DNA from: Spirochaetes bacterium ADurb.Bin133
Lineage (GTDB): Bacteria > Spirochaetota > GWE2-31-10 > MWDO01
DNA: 64,000 bases
Assembly (NCBI GenBank): GCA_002070605.1
Contig: MWDO01000004.1
Span: 8,184 to 72,183 of the forward strand
Reading direction: 5' to 3'
Under the pieces are notes generated by a model. That model was not told the origin of the DNA and ran no database searches. It was given only the letters and a program-made list of their open reading frames with translations. Both the position numbers and the translations under genes were made by a program. This document shows positions 9,209-18,075 of the stretch, piece by piece; within the stretch, counting starts at the first letter, position 1, and every line of letters starts with the position of its first letter.

Positions 9209-11155
9209 ATGGGAAAATCAGTTGCGCAAAAAATCTTAGAAATTCATATAGTCGAAGGGGAGTATAAATACGGCTCTGAAATAGGAATCAAAATCGATCA
9301 AACCTTGACTCAAGACGCTACGGGAACTCTCGCATATCTTCAATTTGAGGCGATGAACGTTCCAAAAGTACAGACTGAAATATCGGTAAGTTACGTCGAC
9401 CACAACACTTTACAGACGGATAATAGGAATATGGACGATCATCTTTATCTTCAATCGGTAGCTTCCAAATACGGCATATACTATTCGAGACCCGGCAACG
9501 GAATTTGTCATCAAGTACATCTTGAAAGATTTGCCAGACCCGGTTATACTCTTTTAGGATCCGACTCGCATACTCCGACTTCGGGGGGGATCGGAATGAT
9601 AGCGATCGGCTCCGGCGGACTAGACGTAGCTTGCGCTATGGCGGGCGAGCCGTTTTTCTTGAAAGTTCCAAAAGTTATTAATATAAAATTAACGGGCAAA
9701 CTCAAACCGTGGGCGTCGGCAAAAGATATAATTTTACGCATATTAAAGATCAAAAGCGTAAAAGGCGGCGTCGGCGCTATAATAGAATATTCGGGCGACG
9801 GGCTTAAAAATCTATCCGTTCCTGAAAGAGCCGTTATTACTAATATGGGCGCCGAACTCGGGGCTACGACTTCAATTTTTCCCTCCGACGAGATAACGCT
9901 GGATTTTATGAAAAGACAGGGAAGAGAACATCAATTTGTAGAGATAAAAGCGGACGAAGACGCGATATACGACGAAACGATAGAAATCGACTTATCCTCT
10001 ATCGTAACTTACGCGGCGGCTCCACACTCGCCCGATAACGTAAAAAAAATCTCGGATTTAAGCGCTGTCAAAGTAAATCAGGTTTCGATAGGAAGTTGCA
10101 CAAATTCAAGTTATAGAGACTTATGGATCGTCGGAAAAATCCTCGAAGGGAAAGTTATAGCAAAAAACGTCTCTCTGACTATATCCCCCGGATCAAAACA
10201 GGTTTTTTCTATGATATCGAGAGACGGAACGCTAACTAGACTAATAGACGCCGGAGCGAGAATATTGGAATGCGCTTGCGGACCCTGCATAGGAATGGGT
10301 CAATCTCCAAACAGCGCCGGAGTATCTCTTAGGACTTTCAACAGGAATTTTGAAGGACGAAGCGGAACTAAAGACGCCGAAATATATCTCGTCAGTCCCG
10401 AAGTAGCGGCGATATCGGCTCTTAACGGGTTCATATCGGATCCGATGGAACATCTGGGAATTATGCCGGAATTTAAGTTCCCCGACGAATTTGTTATCGA
10501 CGACAGGTTTATTATACCGCCCGCTATCGAGCCGGACAAAGTCCAAATTATCCGGGGACCGGGTATCAAACCGCTTCCCGAACAGAAACCCTTGCCGGAT
10601 TCGATCGAGGCAAAAGTTATAATAAAAGTCGGGGACAATATTACGACGGATCATATACTTCCGGCCGGAGCAAAAGTATTGCCGTATAGGTCTGATATAC
10701 CAAAAATAAGCGAGTTCGCATTCGGCTCTATAGACCCCGAATTTTACAAAAAAGCGTTGAAAGAAAAAACGGGCGTCATAGTCGGGGGTGAAAATTACGG
10801 TCAAGGTTCGTCGAGAGAGCACGCCGCTCTTGCGCCCAAATACCTCGGCATAGCCGTCGTAATTGCGAAATCCTTTGCCAGAATTCATAAAGCGAATTTG
10901 ATCAACTTCGGCATAGTTCCTATGACTTTTGAAAACCCTGGCGACTACGACTCGATCAAAGAGACCGACCTTGTAAAGATATCTTCAATCAAAAGCGATA
11001 TTCAAGGGTCTAAGAAATGCGAAGCGTATATAAACGATAAGAAAATTATTTTAAACGTCGATCTTTCAGAAAGAGATATACAAATACTCCTGGACGGCGG
11101 AACGCTTGCGAATATAAAAAATAAATTTAGCAAAATAAAGATAGTCGAAGGATAA
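9209..11155 (+). CDS. Aconitate hydratase of the short (~650 aa) type, aconitase/IPM-isomerase family
   Basis: Aconitase-family motifs GSDSHT, GSCTNSS and ACGPC(I)GMGQ, plus a swivel-domain SSREHAA. ATG at 9209 is chosen over the in-frame TTG at 9176 because it follows the korC stop at 9204. Confidence 0.85.
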   Translation: MGKSVAQKILEIHIVEGEYKYGSEIGIKIDQTLTQDATGTLAYLQFEAMNVPKVQTEISVSYVDHNTLQTDNRNMDDHLYLQSVASKYGIYYSRPGNGICHQVHLERFARPGYTLLGSDSHTPTSGGIGMIAIGSGGLDVACAMAGEPFFLKVPKVINIKLTGKLKPWASAKDIILRILKIKSVKGGVGAIIEYSGDGLKNLSVPERAVITNMGAELGATTSIFPSDEITLDFMKRQGREHQFVEIKADEDAIYDETIEIDLSSIVTYAAAPHSPDNVKKISDLSAVKVNQVSIGSCTNSSYRDLWIVGKILEGKVIAKNVSLTISPGSKQVFSMISRDGTLTRLIDAGARILECACGPCIGMGQSPNSAGVSLRTFNRNFEGRSGTKDAEIYLVSPEVAAISALNGFISDPMEHLGIMPEFKFPDEFVIDDRFIIPPAIEPDKVQIIRGPGIKPLPEQKPLPDSIEAKVIIKVGDNITTDHILPAGAKVLPYRSDIPKISEFAFGSIDPEFYKKALKEKTGVIVGGENYGQGSSREHAALAPKYLGIAVVIAKSFARIHKANLINFGIVPMTFENPGDYDSIKETDLVKISSIKSDIQGSKKCEAYINDKKIILNVDLSERDIQILLDGGTLANIKNKFSKIKIVEG

Positions 11156-11160
11156 ATGGG

Positions 11161-11318
11161 GGCTAGGGCGGGCGCTTTTGATCGTCCTGAACCAAGCCGA
11201 AGGACGACGCATATGATGTTCAAGGAGGGAATTGACACATATGCGCCGCGCTACGCCTTGATGAAAAAATTGACACATATGTAACAAATATTTTTTATTC
11301 CCCAAAAAAACCGACGGA
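11161..11318. repeat. MITE-like element copy with three CATATG units and a clear right end TTCCCCAAAAAAACCGACGG. It forms the left flank of the PIN cassette.
   Basis: Contains GACGCATATG and two TTGACACATATG units. The 44-bp block at 11238..11281 is identical to 12203..12246. Confidence 0.6.
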
Positions 11319-11502
11319 TTACGTCTGTTTTTTACTTTTTTATTGAATAAATAATATGTTTTTGTTAGTATATAACAGTTTATGTAAAATGGTAAAAATA
11401 TTTTAAAAGATGAGATTATAAGTATAATAAAGGAGTCGTTATGCTCGCAAAAAACCTTTTCAATGTAATCTCCAAGATAAAGGCGCAATTGGAGCGCAAT
11501 TT

Positions 11503-11949
11503 ATGAGTAAAATTAAAATTTATCTGGATAATTGCTGTTTTAACAGACCTTACGACGACCAGAAACAACATAAAATTTTTCTTGAAACGGAAGCTAAACT
11601 TTTTATACAGCAGAGAATTAAAAATGGGGAATTTGACCTTATCTGGAGTTTTATTCTTGATTATGAAAATTCTGCAAATCCTGATATTGAAGCAAAAAAA
11701 GCTATTCAATTATGGGAAAATATTGCAATTAAATCAATTTTATTGTCTCCTGAATTACAAAGTAATGCAAAAATTTTCAATAATAAAGGTTTTGGAATAA
11801 AAGATTCGCTACATATAGCCTGCGCTATCGAATCAGGAGCAAAATATTTTTTAACAACTGATAAGGGAATATTGAATAAAAAACATTTTATCAGTAAAAT
11901 AACAATATTAAATCCTGTGGATTTTATAGTATTGGAGGAAAACTTATGA
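11503..11949 (+). CDS. PIN-domain protein (VapC-like putative toxin ribonuclease)
   Basis: Carries a conserved N-terminal acidic residue in IYLDNCCF and the typical later motif DSLHIACAIESGAKYFLTTDKGI. Low GC relative to its neighbours. Confidence 0.75.
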   Translation: MSKIKIYLDNCCFNRPYDDQKQHKIFLETEAKLFIQQRIKNGEFDLIWSFILDYENSANPDIEAKKAIQLWENIAIKSILLSPELQSNAKIFNNKGFGIKDSLHIACAIESGAKYFLTTDKGILNKKHFISKITILNPVDFIVLEENL

Positions 11950-12155
11950 AAACAGATGCAATAATAAAACAAGTTGCTTTTAAGGCAATATTTGAAAAAC
12001 TTGATATTGTTGAAGCTGAAAGGTTTATAGCATTGATCAAAAGGGATAATTTTGATTATACAGAGTGGAGAAAAAATTTATGGGAAGATTTAACTATTGA
12101 AGAGTTGTCTAAAAATGCGATGGATTATTGCGATAAAAGGCAGGGATCCTGTTAG
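11946..12155 (+). CDS. Small protein translationally coupled to the PIN gene (ATGA overlap). Putative cognate partner or antitoxin.
   Basis: A 69-aa ORF with a 4-nt overlap. Its stop lies inside the degenerate left end of the next repeat element. Confidence 0.4.
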   Translation: MKTDAIIKQVAFKAIFEKLDIVEAERFIALIKRDNFDYTEWRKNLWEDLTIEELSKNAMDYCDKRQGSC

Positions 12156-12299
12156 TTTTTTAGGGAATAAAAAAATAATTTACTAATTTAAAATATTTGT
12201 TTCATATGCGCCGCGCTACGCCTTGATGAAAAAATTGACACATATGCGTCAAAAAAAATCGCCCATATGCGTCAAATTTCCAAAAAACCGACGGCGCGA
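12148..12299. repeat. MITE-like element copy forming the right flank of the PIN cassette
   Basis: Degenerate left end CCTGTTAGTTTTTTAGGG, a conserved internal block, three CATATG units, and right end TTCCAAAAAACCGACGGCGCG. Confidence 0.6.
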
Positions 12300-12395
12300 G
12301 CAAAAGGGATAATTAATTTGATTTTCAATAAAAAAGGATTATAATGTATGATAATAAAAATAAAATTCGAGGGAGAAAAGGAATTCTTTATATCT

Positions 12396-13094
12396 ATGAA
12401 AAAACTTGGGACGGTTATTTTTGCGTTATTTGTTAACGCTATAGTTTATTCTCAAAGTATTCCTTTAATTCTTGTCGAAAAATCCGGTATTGTAGATATA
12501 AAAACTCCCGACGATAAACTTGTCCCTTTAGATTTGAAGATAAACGATGAAATCCCGTCGGGAGTCGAAATTTTTACCGGAATTCATTCGCAAATATCGA
12601 TAAGAATAGGAGAGTCGAGTTATATAACCGCAAATCAGCTTACTCGTTTGGTTTTTGATCCCGTAATTTCTAAGGACGGCTTAAATAGAATCGGGGCGTA
12701 TCTTTTTGACGGATATGTCGTCGTTTTATCAAAAAGAGAAGGGAAAACAAAAAATAGGATTCTCATTTCATTCGATACGGGCAACGTAGCTTTTGAGAAT
12801 TCGAGCGGCGAGTTGTTTTTTAGAGTTGACAAAGGGACGATAATCAAAATCGGTTCGGGTTTTGCGCAGGTTAAATCTAAGATATTAAATTTTTATACTA
12901 TCGGTAAAAACGAAGTTTGCGGTATAAATGAATATGGCAAACTTATAGAAAGCGATTTCTTTTTGAGAAATAAGATCAATACGATATCGAATAATATGAA
13001 AGAACGCGAGATTGATCTGTTATTAAATTTAATAAGCGCCGGGTATACGGAAGAATTTGGTCGGAACGATTACGGCGATTATAATAAACCTTAA
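12396..13094 (+). CDS. Hypothetical secreted protein
   Basis: N-terminal signal-peptide-like stretch MKKLGTVIFALFVNAIVYSQ. No recognisable domain. Confidence 0.45.
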   Translation: MKKLGTVIFALFVNAIVYSQSIPLILVEKSGIVDIKTPDDKLVPLDLKINDEIPSGVEIFTGIHSQISIRIGESSYITANQLTRLVFDPVISKDGLNRIGAYLFDGYVVVLSKREGKTKNRILISFDTGNVAFENSSGELFFRVDKGTIIKIGSGFAQVKSKILNFYTIGKNEVCGINEYGKLIESDFFLRNKINTISNNMKEREIDLLLNLISAGYTEEFGRNDYGDYNKP

Positions 13095-13108
13095 CTAAGG
13101 GAACGTTT

Positions 13109-13513
13109 ATGATTTTTCCAAACTTTATTTCCGATTGGGACGACTCTCTGTTGCGGGACTCTGAAATTACTCTGTATATTAAAGACGATATTAGAAATTT
13201 TAACGAATTTTATAAAATATCGTCGGTAAATAACGTATGTTTTTTCAACGCGATAATTAATTCGAACGATAAAGAGAAGAAAATTTCGCTAAATGTTGAA
13301 AATAGCGTTTATAAAAACATTTGGTCAAAAATTTTAGAAGAAAAAACGTCTCTAATAAAAAGTATCTATGTTTTTTCATCGGGAGAAACGGTATCGTACT
13401 TATTTACGTTTAGATATTTTGATAAAATAAAAAAGTCGTCCGGTATTGGCAATATTTTCCAAAAAGATCTGTTGTTTTTATATAACTCTTTTAAAAAAAT
13501 CTCGGATATGTAA
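13109..13513 (+). CDS. Hypothetical protein
   Basis: A 134-codon ORF co-directional with the upstream gene. No motif recognised. Confidence 0.35.
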   Translation: MIFPNFISDWDDSLLRDSEITLYIKDDIRNFNEFYKISSVNNVCFFNAIINSNDKEKKISLNVENSVYKNIWSKILEEKTSLIKSIYVFSSGETVSYLFTFRYFDKIKKSSGIGNIFQKDLLFLYNSFKKISDM

Positions 13514-13625
13514 TTTTTTAGTTGATTTATCAGAATAAAAATTTTATCATAATTCCGCTTAAATTTGCTTAGATTTCTGTTAAAAAGAATTGCGTATTGG
13601 AATATAAATTCGGAGGAGAACTCAA

Positions 13626-14918
13626 ATGATATGGAATGAAAAATACGAGACTATGAAAAGCGCCGACATGAAAAAACATCAATCGGATAAACTTGTTAAT
13701 CTTGTAAATAAAGTTTACGACAAAGTTCCGTTTTATAGAGAAAAGATGGATACACTCGGGATTAAACCTTCGGATATCAAAAGCATCTCGGATATTGTCA
13801 AGCTCCCTTTTACCTCAAAAGACGATATGAGAGAAGTATATCCATACGGTTTATTGGCTTGCGATAAAAAAGATATTGTTGAAATTCATACGTCGTCCGG
13901 CACAACGGGCAAACCGGTTGTAGACGCATATACGTCAAACGACGTGGAGATATGGAGCGAAGTGATGGCTCGAACTTTTGCTATGGGAGGCGCAAATGAA
14001 GACGACGTCGTTCAGATAGCTTACGGCTACGGATTATTTACAGGAGGACTCGGCGCGCACTACGGCGCGAAAAAACTTGGGGCGATGGTTATTCCAATAT
14101 CTGCGGGCAACTCAAAAAGACAACTCAGTATAATGCGCGATTTTGGAACTACGATTTTGGCTTGCACCCCTTCTTACTCTTTATATATAGCGGAAATCGC
14201 CGCCGAGGAAAAAATCGAAATAAAAGGTCTAAAGGCGGGATTTTTTGGCGCCGAACCCTGGAGCGAAAGTATGCGAAAGGAGATAGAAGAAAAATTGAAA
14301 ATCAAAGCGTACGATATTTATGGATTAACTGAAATTATCGGTCCGGGCGTCGCTTCCGAATGCGAATGTCAAGATATGTTGCATATTAATGAGGATCACT
14401 TTTATCCGGAAATTATTAATCCTGAAACCGGCAAAGTTTTACCGGACGGAGAGAAAGGAGAATTAGTATTCACTACGCTTACAAAAGAGGGAACTCCGAT
14501 TATAAGATATAGAACCAGAGATATTACGTATCTCGATAGGTCTCCTTGTAAGTGCGGAAGAACTACGGTCAGGATGCATAGACTTCTTGGTAGAACGGAT
14601 GATATGTTAATTATAAGAGGAGTTAACGTATTTCCTTCTCAAATAGAAGAGGTTTTATTAAAACTGGAAAATATAGAGCCGCATTATCAATTACTGGTAA
14701 GCAGAAAAGATAAAATGGATTTTATAGAAGTCCAGATTGAGATGAACGAGAAATTATTTTCCGACGAGATGAAAAATCTTTCTCAAACCGAGAAAATGAT
14801 AGAACAGGAACTTTATAAAACGTTAAATATTCATACAAAAGTTAAACTCGTCGAACCAAAAAGTATCCCCAGAAGCGAAGGGAAAGCAAAAAGGATTATC
14901 GACCAAAGACAAATTTAA
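13626..14918 (+). CDS. paaK: Phenylacetate--CoA ligase family protein (PaaK / coenzyme F390 synthetase-like)
   Basis: 430 aa, with an N-terminus typical of PaaK (FYREKMDTLGIKPSDIKSISDIVKLPFTSKDDMRE ... HTSSGTTGKPVV). RBS GGAGGAGAA. Confidence 0.85.
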   Translation: MIWNEKYETMKSADMKKHQSDKLVNLVNKVYDKVPFYREKMDTLGIKPSDIKSISDIVKLPFTSKDDMREVYPYGLLACDKKDIVEIHTSSGTTGKPVVDAYTSNDVEIWSEVMARTFAMGGANEDDVVQIAYGYGLFTGGLGAHYGAKKLGAMVIPISAGNSKRQLSIMRDFGTTILACTPSYSLYIAEIAAEEKIEIKGLKAGFFGAEPWSESMRKEIEEKLKIKAYDIYGLTEIIGPGVASECECQDMLHINEDHFYPEIINPETGKVLPDGEKGELVFTTLTKEGTPIIRYRTRDITYLDRSPCKCGRTTVRMHRLLGRTDDMLIIRGVNVFPSQIEEVLLKLENIEPHYQLLVSRKDKMDFIEVQIEMNEKLFSDEMKNLSQTEKMIEQELYKTLNIHTKVKLVEPKSIPRSEGKAKRIIDQRQI

Positions 14919-14936
14919 AATAGAAGGAGCGTTAAT

Positions 14937-15368
14937 ATGTTGATGAAGCAAATATCTGTTTTTTTAGAGAATAAAAAAGGGAGATTAGCCGAGGTTACTC
15001 AAGTTCTCGCAGATGAAAAAGTTAATATTAGAGCTTTGTCGTTAGCGGACTCGAGAGACTTTGGCGTATTAAGAATTATTGTAGACGATCCGGATAGATG
15101 TTTAGACGTTTTGAAAGCAAAGAGTTTTATTGCCCAAACGACCGAAGTCGTAGGTATTGAAATTGAAGATAAACCGGGCGGATTAGATAAGGTGCTCGAT
15201 ATTATTGAAGCAAACGATATAAATATTGAATATATGTACGCAACGATAGATAGAAGGAAAGATAACGCTATTGTAATATTTAGAGTCGGCGATACAAAAA
15301 AAACTGTGGATGTTTTACATAAAAACGGCATAAATCTCAGCTCTACGGAAAATCTTGCCAAAAACTAA
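14937..15368 (+). CDS. ACT-domain protein, the usual PaaK partner
   Basis: Two ACT-like repeats (ISVFLENKKGRLAEVTQVLADEKVNIRAL and VVGIEIEDKPGGLDKVLDII). Immediately downstream of paaK. Confidence 0.75.
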   Translation: MLMKQISVFLENKKGRLAEVTQVLADEKVNIRALSLADSRDFGVLRIIVDDPDRCLDVLKAKSFIAQTTEVVGIEIEDKPGGLDKVLDIIEANDINIEYMYATIDRRKDNAIVIFRVGDTKKTVDVLHKNGINLSSTENLAKN

Positions 15369-15450
15369 GTTTATATGCAGGCTTTGCCAAAAAAAACTGG
15401 TAATAACAGGTTGAATTTGTGGAGATTCTACTATTAGCGGTTAAATACGG

Positions 15451-16197
15451 CTAATTGGATTGAAAATAATCCCTTTTTATCTCTTTGTGTATGTCTACGA
15501 CTTTACTCCAGCAGGCGTTGGCAAACTCTTCTTCGGAGCTAAAATCAGTCGGGTAAAGCGGTTCGGAATATTTAAGTATTACTCTCTGGAAAAATTTATA
15601 ATAAATACGGCCTCTTTGTATAACGTTCCTGCTTCCTTCTATTGCCGACGGTATTACCGGAACTTTGAGTTTATAGGCAAGTTTAACTAACGTTAGATTG
15701 GGCTCAAGCAACTCGCCGTCGACGCTTCTAGTGCCTTCCGGATAGTAACACATCGAATAGCCCTGTTTCAAGAACTCCATAACCTCTTTTATTATACCGA
15801 TTCTGGATTTTTTATCGTCTCTGTCAAAAAATATTCCCCCGGCGTAAATAGTCAAAATTCCAACCACAGGTATTCTGCGAACCTCGGATTTTGACAGAGC
15901 GGTAGACGGAGTATATCTAAGAAAAGCCGGAATATCTGCCCACGATTGATGATTGCATATAAATAAAGAATTCTTCTCTTTTGACAAATGCTCTTTACCT
16001 AAAACTTTAAGCCGCATACAGAACAAAAAATTATTGGCAATAATCGTCCAAGGAACGACTAGAAATTTACGCGCGACAAGATACCTTTTATTTCTTGGTA
16101 TAAAAAGCAGCCACCAGTCGATTAATACAAAAATAAGAGACATAAACAAAACAAGCATTCCTGAAATGAAAGAAAAAATTAAATTAATTAATATCAT
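15451..16197 (-). CDS. 1-acyl-sn-glycerol-3-phosphate acyltransferase family protein (PlsC-like)
   Basis: Acyltransferase motifs I (CNHQSWADIP) and III (YPEGTRS). N-terminal transmembrane segment. Confidence 0.75.
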   Translation of the reverse strand: MILINLIFSFISGMLVLFMSLIFVLIDWWLLFIPRNKRYLVARKFLVVPWTIIANNFLFCMRLKVLGKEHLSKEKNSLFICNHQSWADIPAFLRYTPSTALSKSEVRRIPVVGILTIYAGGIFFDRDDKKSRIGIIKEVMEFLKQGYSMCYYPEGTRSVDGELLEPNLTLVKLAYKLKVPVIPSAIEGSRNVIQRGRIYYKFFQRVILKYSEPLYPTDFSSEEEFANACWSKVVDIHKEIKRDYFQSN

Positions 16198-16271
16198 AAA
16201 TCATCCTGAAACATCTTTTTTTTTGTAATAGCATTATTTAATAAGAAATAAAAGGAATTTATCAAAAATTT

Positions 16272-16434
16272 GCGCGCCCCGTCGGTTTTTTGGGGGATAA
16301 AAAATAATTTGCTAGTTAAAAATATTTGTTTCATATGTGTCAATTTTAATAGGCGCCTCAATCCGACGCATATGTGTCAATTTATCCTTAGCTCCATATG
16401 TGTCAATTTTTCTCCCGCCCCAAAAAACCGACGG
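16272..16434. mobile_element. Complete MITE-like element with terminal inverted repeats and three CATATGTGTCAA units
   Basis: Left end GCGCGCCCCGTCGGTTTTTTGGGGG and right end CCCGCCCCAAAAAACCGACGG are inverted repeats of each other. The conserved internal block GATAAAAAATAATTTGCTAGTTAAAAATATTTGTTTCATATGTGTCAATTTT is present. Confidence 0.65.
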
Positions 16435-16447
16435 AGTATAAAATTTG

Positions 16448-17236
16448 CTAAATATCCGCTTTTACTTTCCACGCTTTTTGTATCGGGGTAAGTTTTCCTT
16501 GAGACCATAATAACAATAAATTTTTCAAGTCCTCGTTTTTAAAAGTTATTGATTCTCCTTTTTTTAATACGGAAATTTTATCTTCTATTGCTAAATAACT
16601 TTTCGGAATTAGGTCTCTAAACTCTTTGCTCTCGACAATGTCTTGCAACGGCTTGGCGGGAATCATTTTTTCATTATAGGCTATTTTATAAAATTCCTGC
16701 GAGATACCGTTGCCCTTGGTAATAGAATCTACAGCGACCGTTTTTAATTTAAGATTATTGATAAGGGCAAGACGATATTTATACTCTTCCGCCGATATAT
16801 ACTCTCCGTACGAGTGAAAGGATTGGTTTTTGGAAAAAACAAAACCGTTTGTTACGAGGCTTCCGTCTTTATTTATATTTGAAGTTCCCTCTTTAGAAAA
16901 TATTTTTGATTTATCCGCAACGTCGGTATTATTTACAGTTTTTGTTAAGGTTTTAGCTATCGTCGTCGCAGTCGAGATTATTTCGGAGGTCTCTTTAATA
17001 TCCGACAAATCTTTTTGGATTTTTTCAACGTCTATTATTTCATTTTTTATCTTTTTTAAGTCGTTATCTTTCAATACTTTGGACTCGATTACTTTATTTG
17101 GAAAATTTATAGAGTAGTTGTCGCCTTTGTTTAATCCGAACCAATTGAAAAAATATATTCCGACAATAAAAATAATCGACAATAAAACCGCGCCTAAAAG
17201 AGAAAGTATAATAAGAATAAAACGCTTTGATATCAT
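16448..17236 (-). CDS. Hypothetical membrane-anchored protein
   Basis: N-terminal transmembrane helix ILIILSLLGAVLLSIIFIVGIYFF. K/E-rich. Confidence 0.45.
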   Translation of the reverse strand: MISKRFILIILSLLGAVLLSIIFIVGIYFFNWFGLNKGDNYSINFPNKVIESKVLKDNDLKKIKNEIIDVEKIQKDLSDIKETSEIISTATTIAKTLTKTVNNTDVADKSKIFSKEGTSNINKDGSLVTNGFVFSKNQSFHSYGEYISAEEYKYRLALINNLKLKTVAVDSITKGNGISQEFYKIAYNEKMIPAKPLQDIVESKEFRDLIPKSYLAIEDKISVLKKGESITFKNEDLKNLLLLWSQGKLTPIQKAWKVKADI

Positions 17237-17352
17237 AATAAATCCTCTCTAAATTATTCTATAGTAATTTTCGGAAGTAAATTAATTATGTTTACCAAAT
17301 TTTCAAGGAAAACCGTAAACGGTCTCGAAATTTTAAGTAAAAGCCGTTAATA

Positions 17353-18072
17353 TTATAGCAAATCCGCTTCCAGTAAAGCTCTAAAAAAAGTAACGGCTCT
17401 GATTTTAGTAAATCCCGCCTCTTTTAATAATCGCGCGCCGTAATTAATTGTCGAACCGGTCGTAAAAATATCGTCGATGAGATATATTTCTCCGGAGTAT
17501 CTATTTTTATTTTCGGATGGGAGGTAGAATAAACTCTGTATTTCGTCCTCTCGTTTAAGTTTGTTTTTCATTTTTTGAGGAGTAAATTTAAAATTCTTTT
17601 TATAAATATCTTTATATACTATGAACTTCTCTTTTTTCAGCAGGCGCAAAAGGTAATATAGACTGCTTCTGCCTTTTTTAAACCGCTTAAATTTGGTATC
17701 CGGGACTATAGTTATAGGGATATTCTTATTTAAAATTCCTTTATATTTTAATAATTCAAAAAATAATTTTATAATCGTAAACTGTCCGTTAAGTTTTAAT
17801 TTTTTAAGCGCCGTCTGTAAAAAACCGCTATAATATTGGACAAATTGGTATGAATCAAAAAAAATCGGTCTCTCTTTGTTGCAAGACGGGCATCCCTCGT
17901 TTTTTAAAGGATGCCCGCAAATTTGACAAATATTATCAAAGGTAGTATTAAACGAATTAAAACACTTATTACAAATTAACCCGATTTTCTCGGATAAGTC
18001 TTTACTATCGCAAAGTATGCACCTTGAATCTAAAAAAATTTCTTTAATTCGCTTTAAATTACCCAAAAGCAT
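17353..18072 (-). CDS. ComF-family protein (phosphoribosyltransferase domain with N-terminal Cys4 zinc finger)
   Basis: CxxC pairs (CILCDS..CNKC..CQICGH..CPSC) and a C-terminal PRTase motif YLIDDIFTTGSTI. Confidence 0.6.
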   Translation of the reverse strand: MLLGNLKRIKEIFLDSRCILCDSKDLSEKIGLICNKCFNSFNTTFDNICQICGHPLKNEGCPSCNKERPIFFDSYQFVQYYSGFLQTALKKLKLNGQFTIIKLFFELLKYKGILNKNIPITIVPDTKFKRFKKGRSSLYYLLRLLKKEKFIVYKDIYKKNFKFTPQKMKNKLKREDEIQSLFYLPSENKNRYSGEIYLIDDIFTTGSTINYGARLLKEAGFTKIRAVTFFRALLEADLL

Positions 18073-18075
18073 AAA

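Noticed and set aside
10241-10888. Antisense ORFs within the aconitase gene (10241..10888 and 10300..10638, minus strand)
   Set aside because: Off-frame shadows of a strongly supported CDS.
16270-16491. Track ORFs inside single elements (16270..16491, 34387..34593, 24831..25037, 11002..11238, 11066..11488)
   Set aside because: They span or lie within MITE-like elements and intergenic AT-rich DNA. They have no RBS and no protein-like composition.
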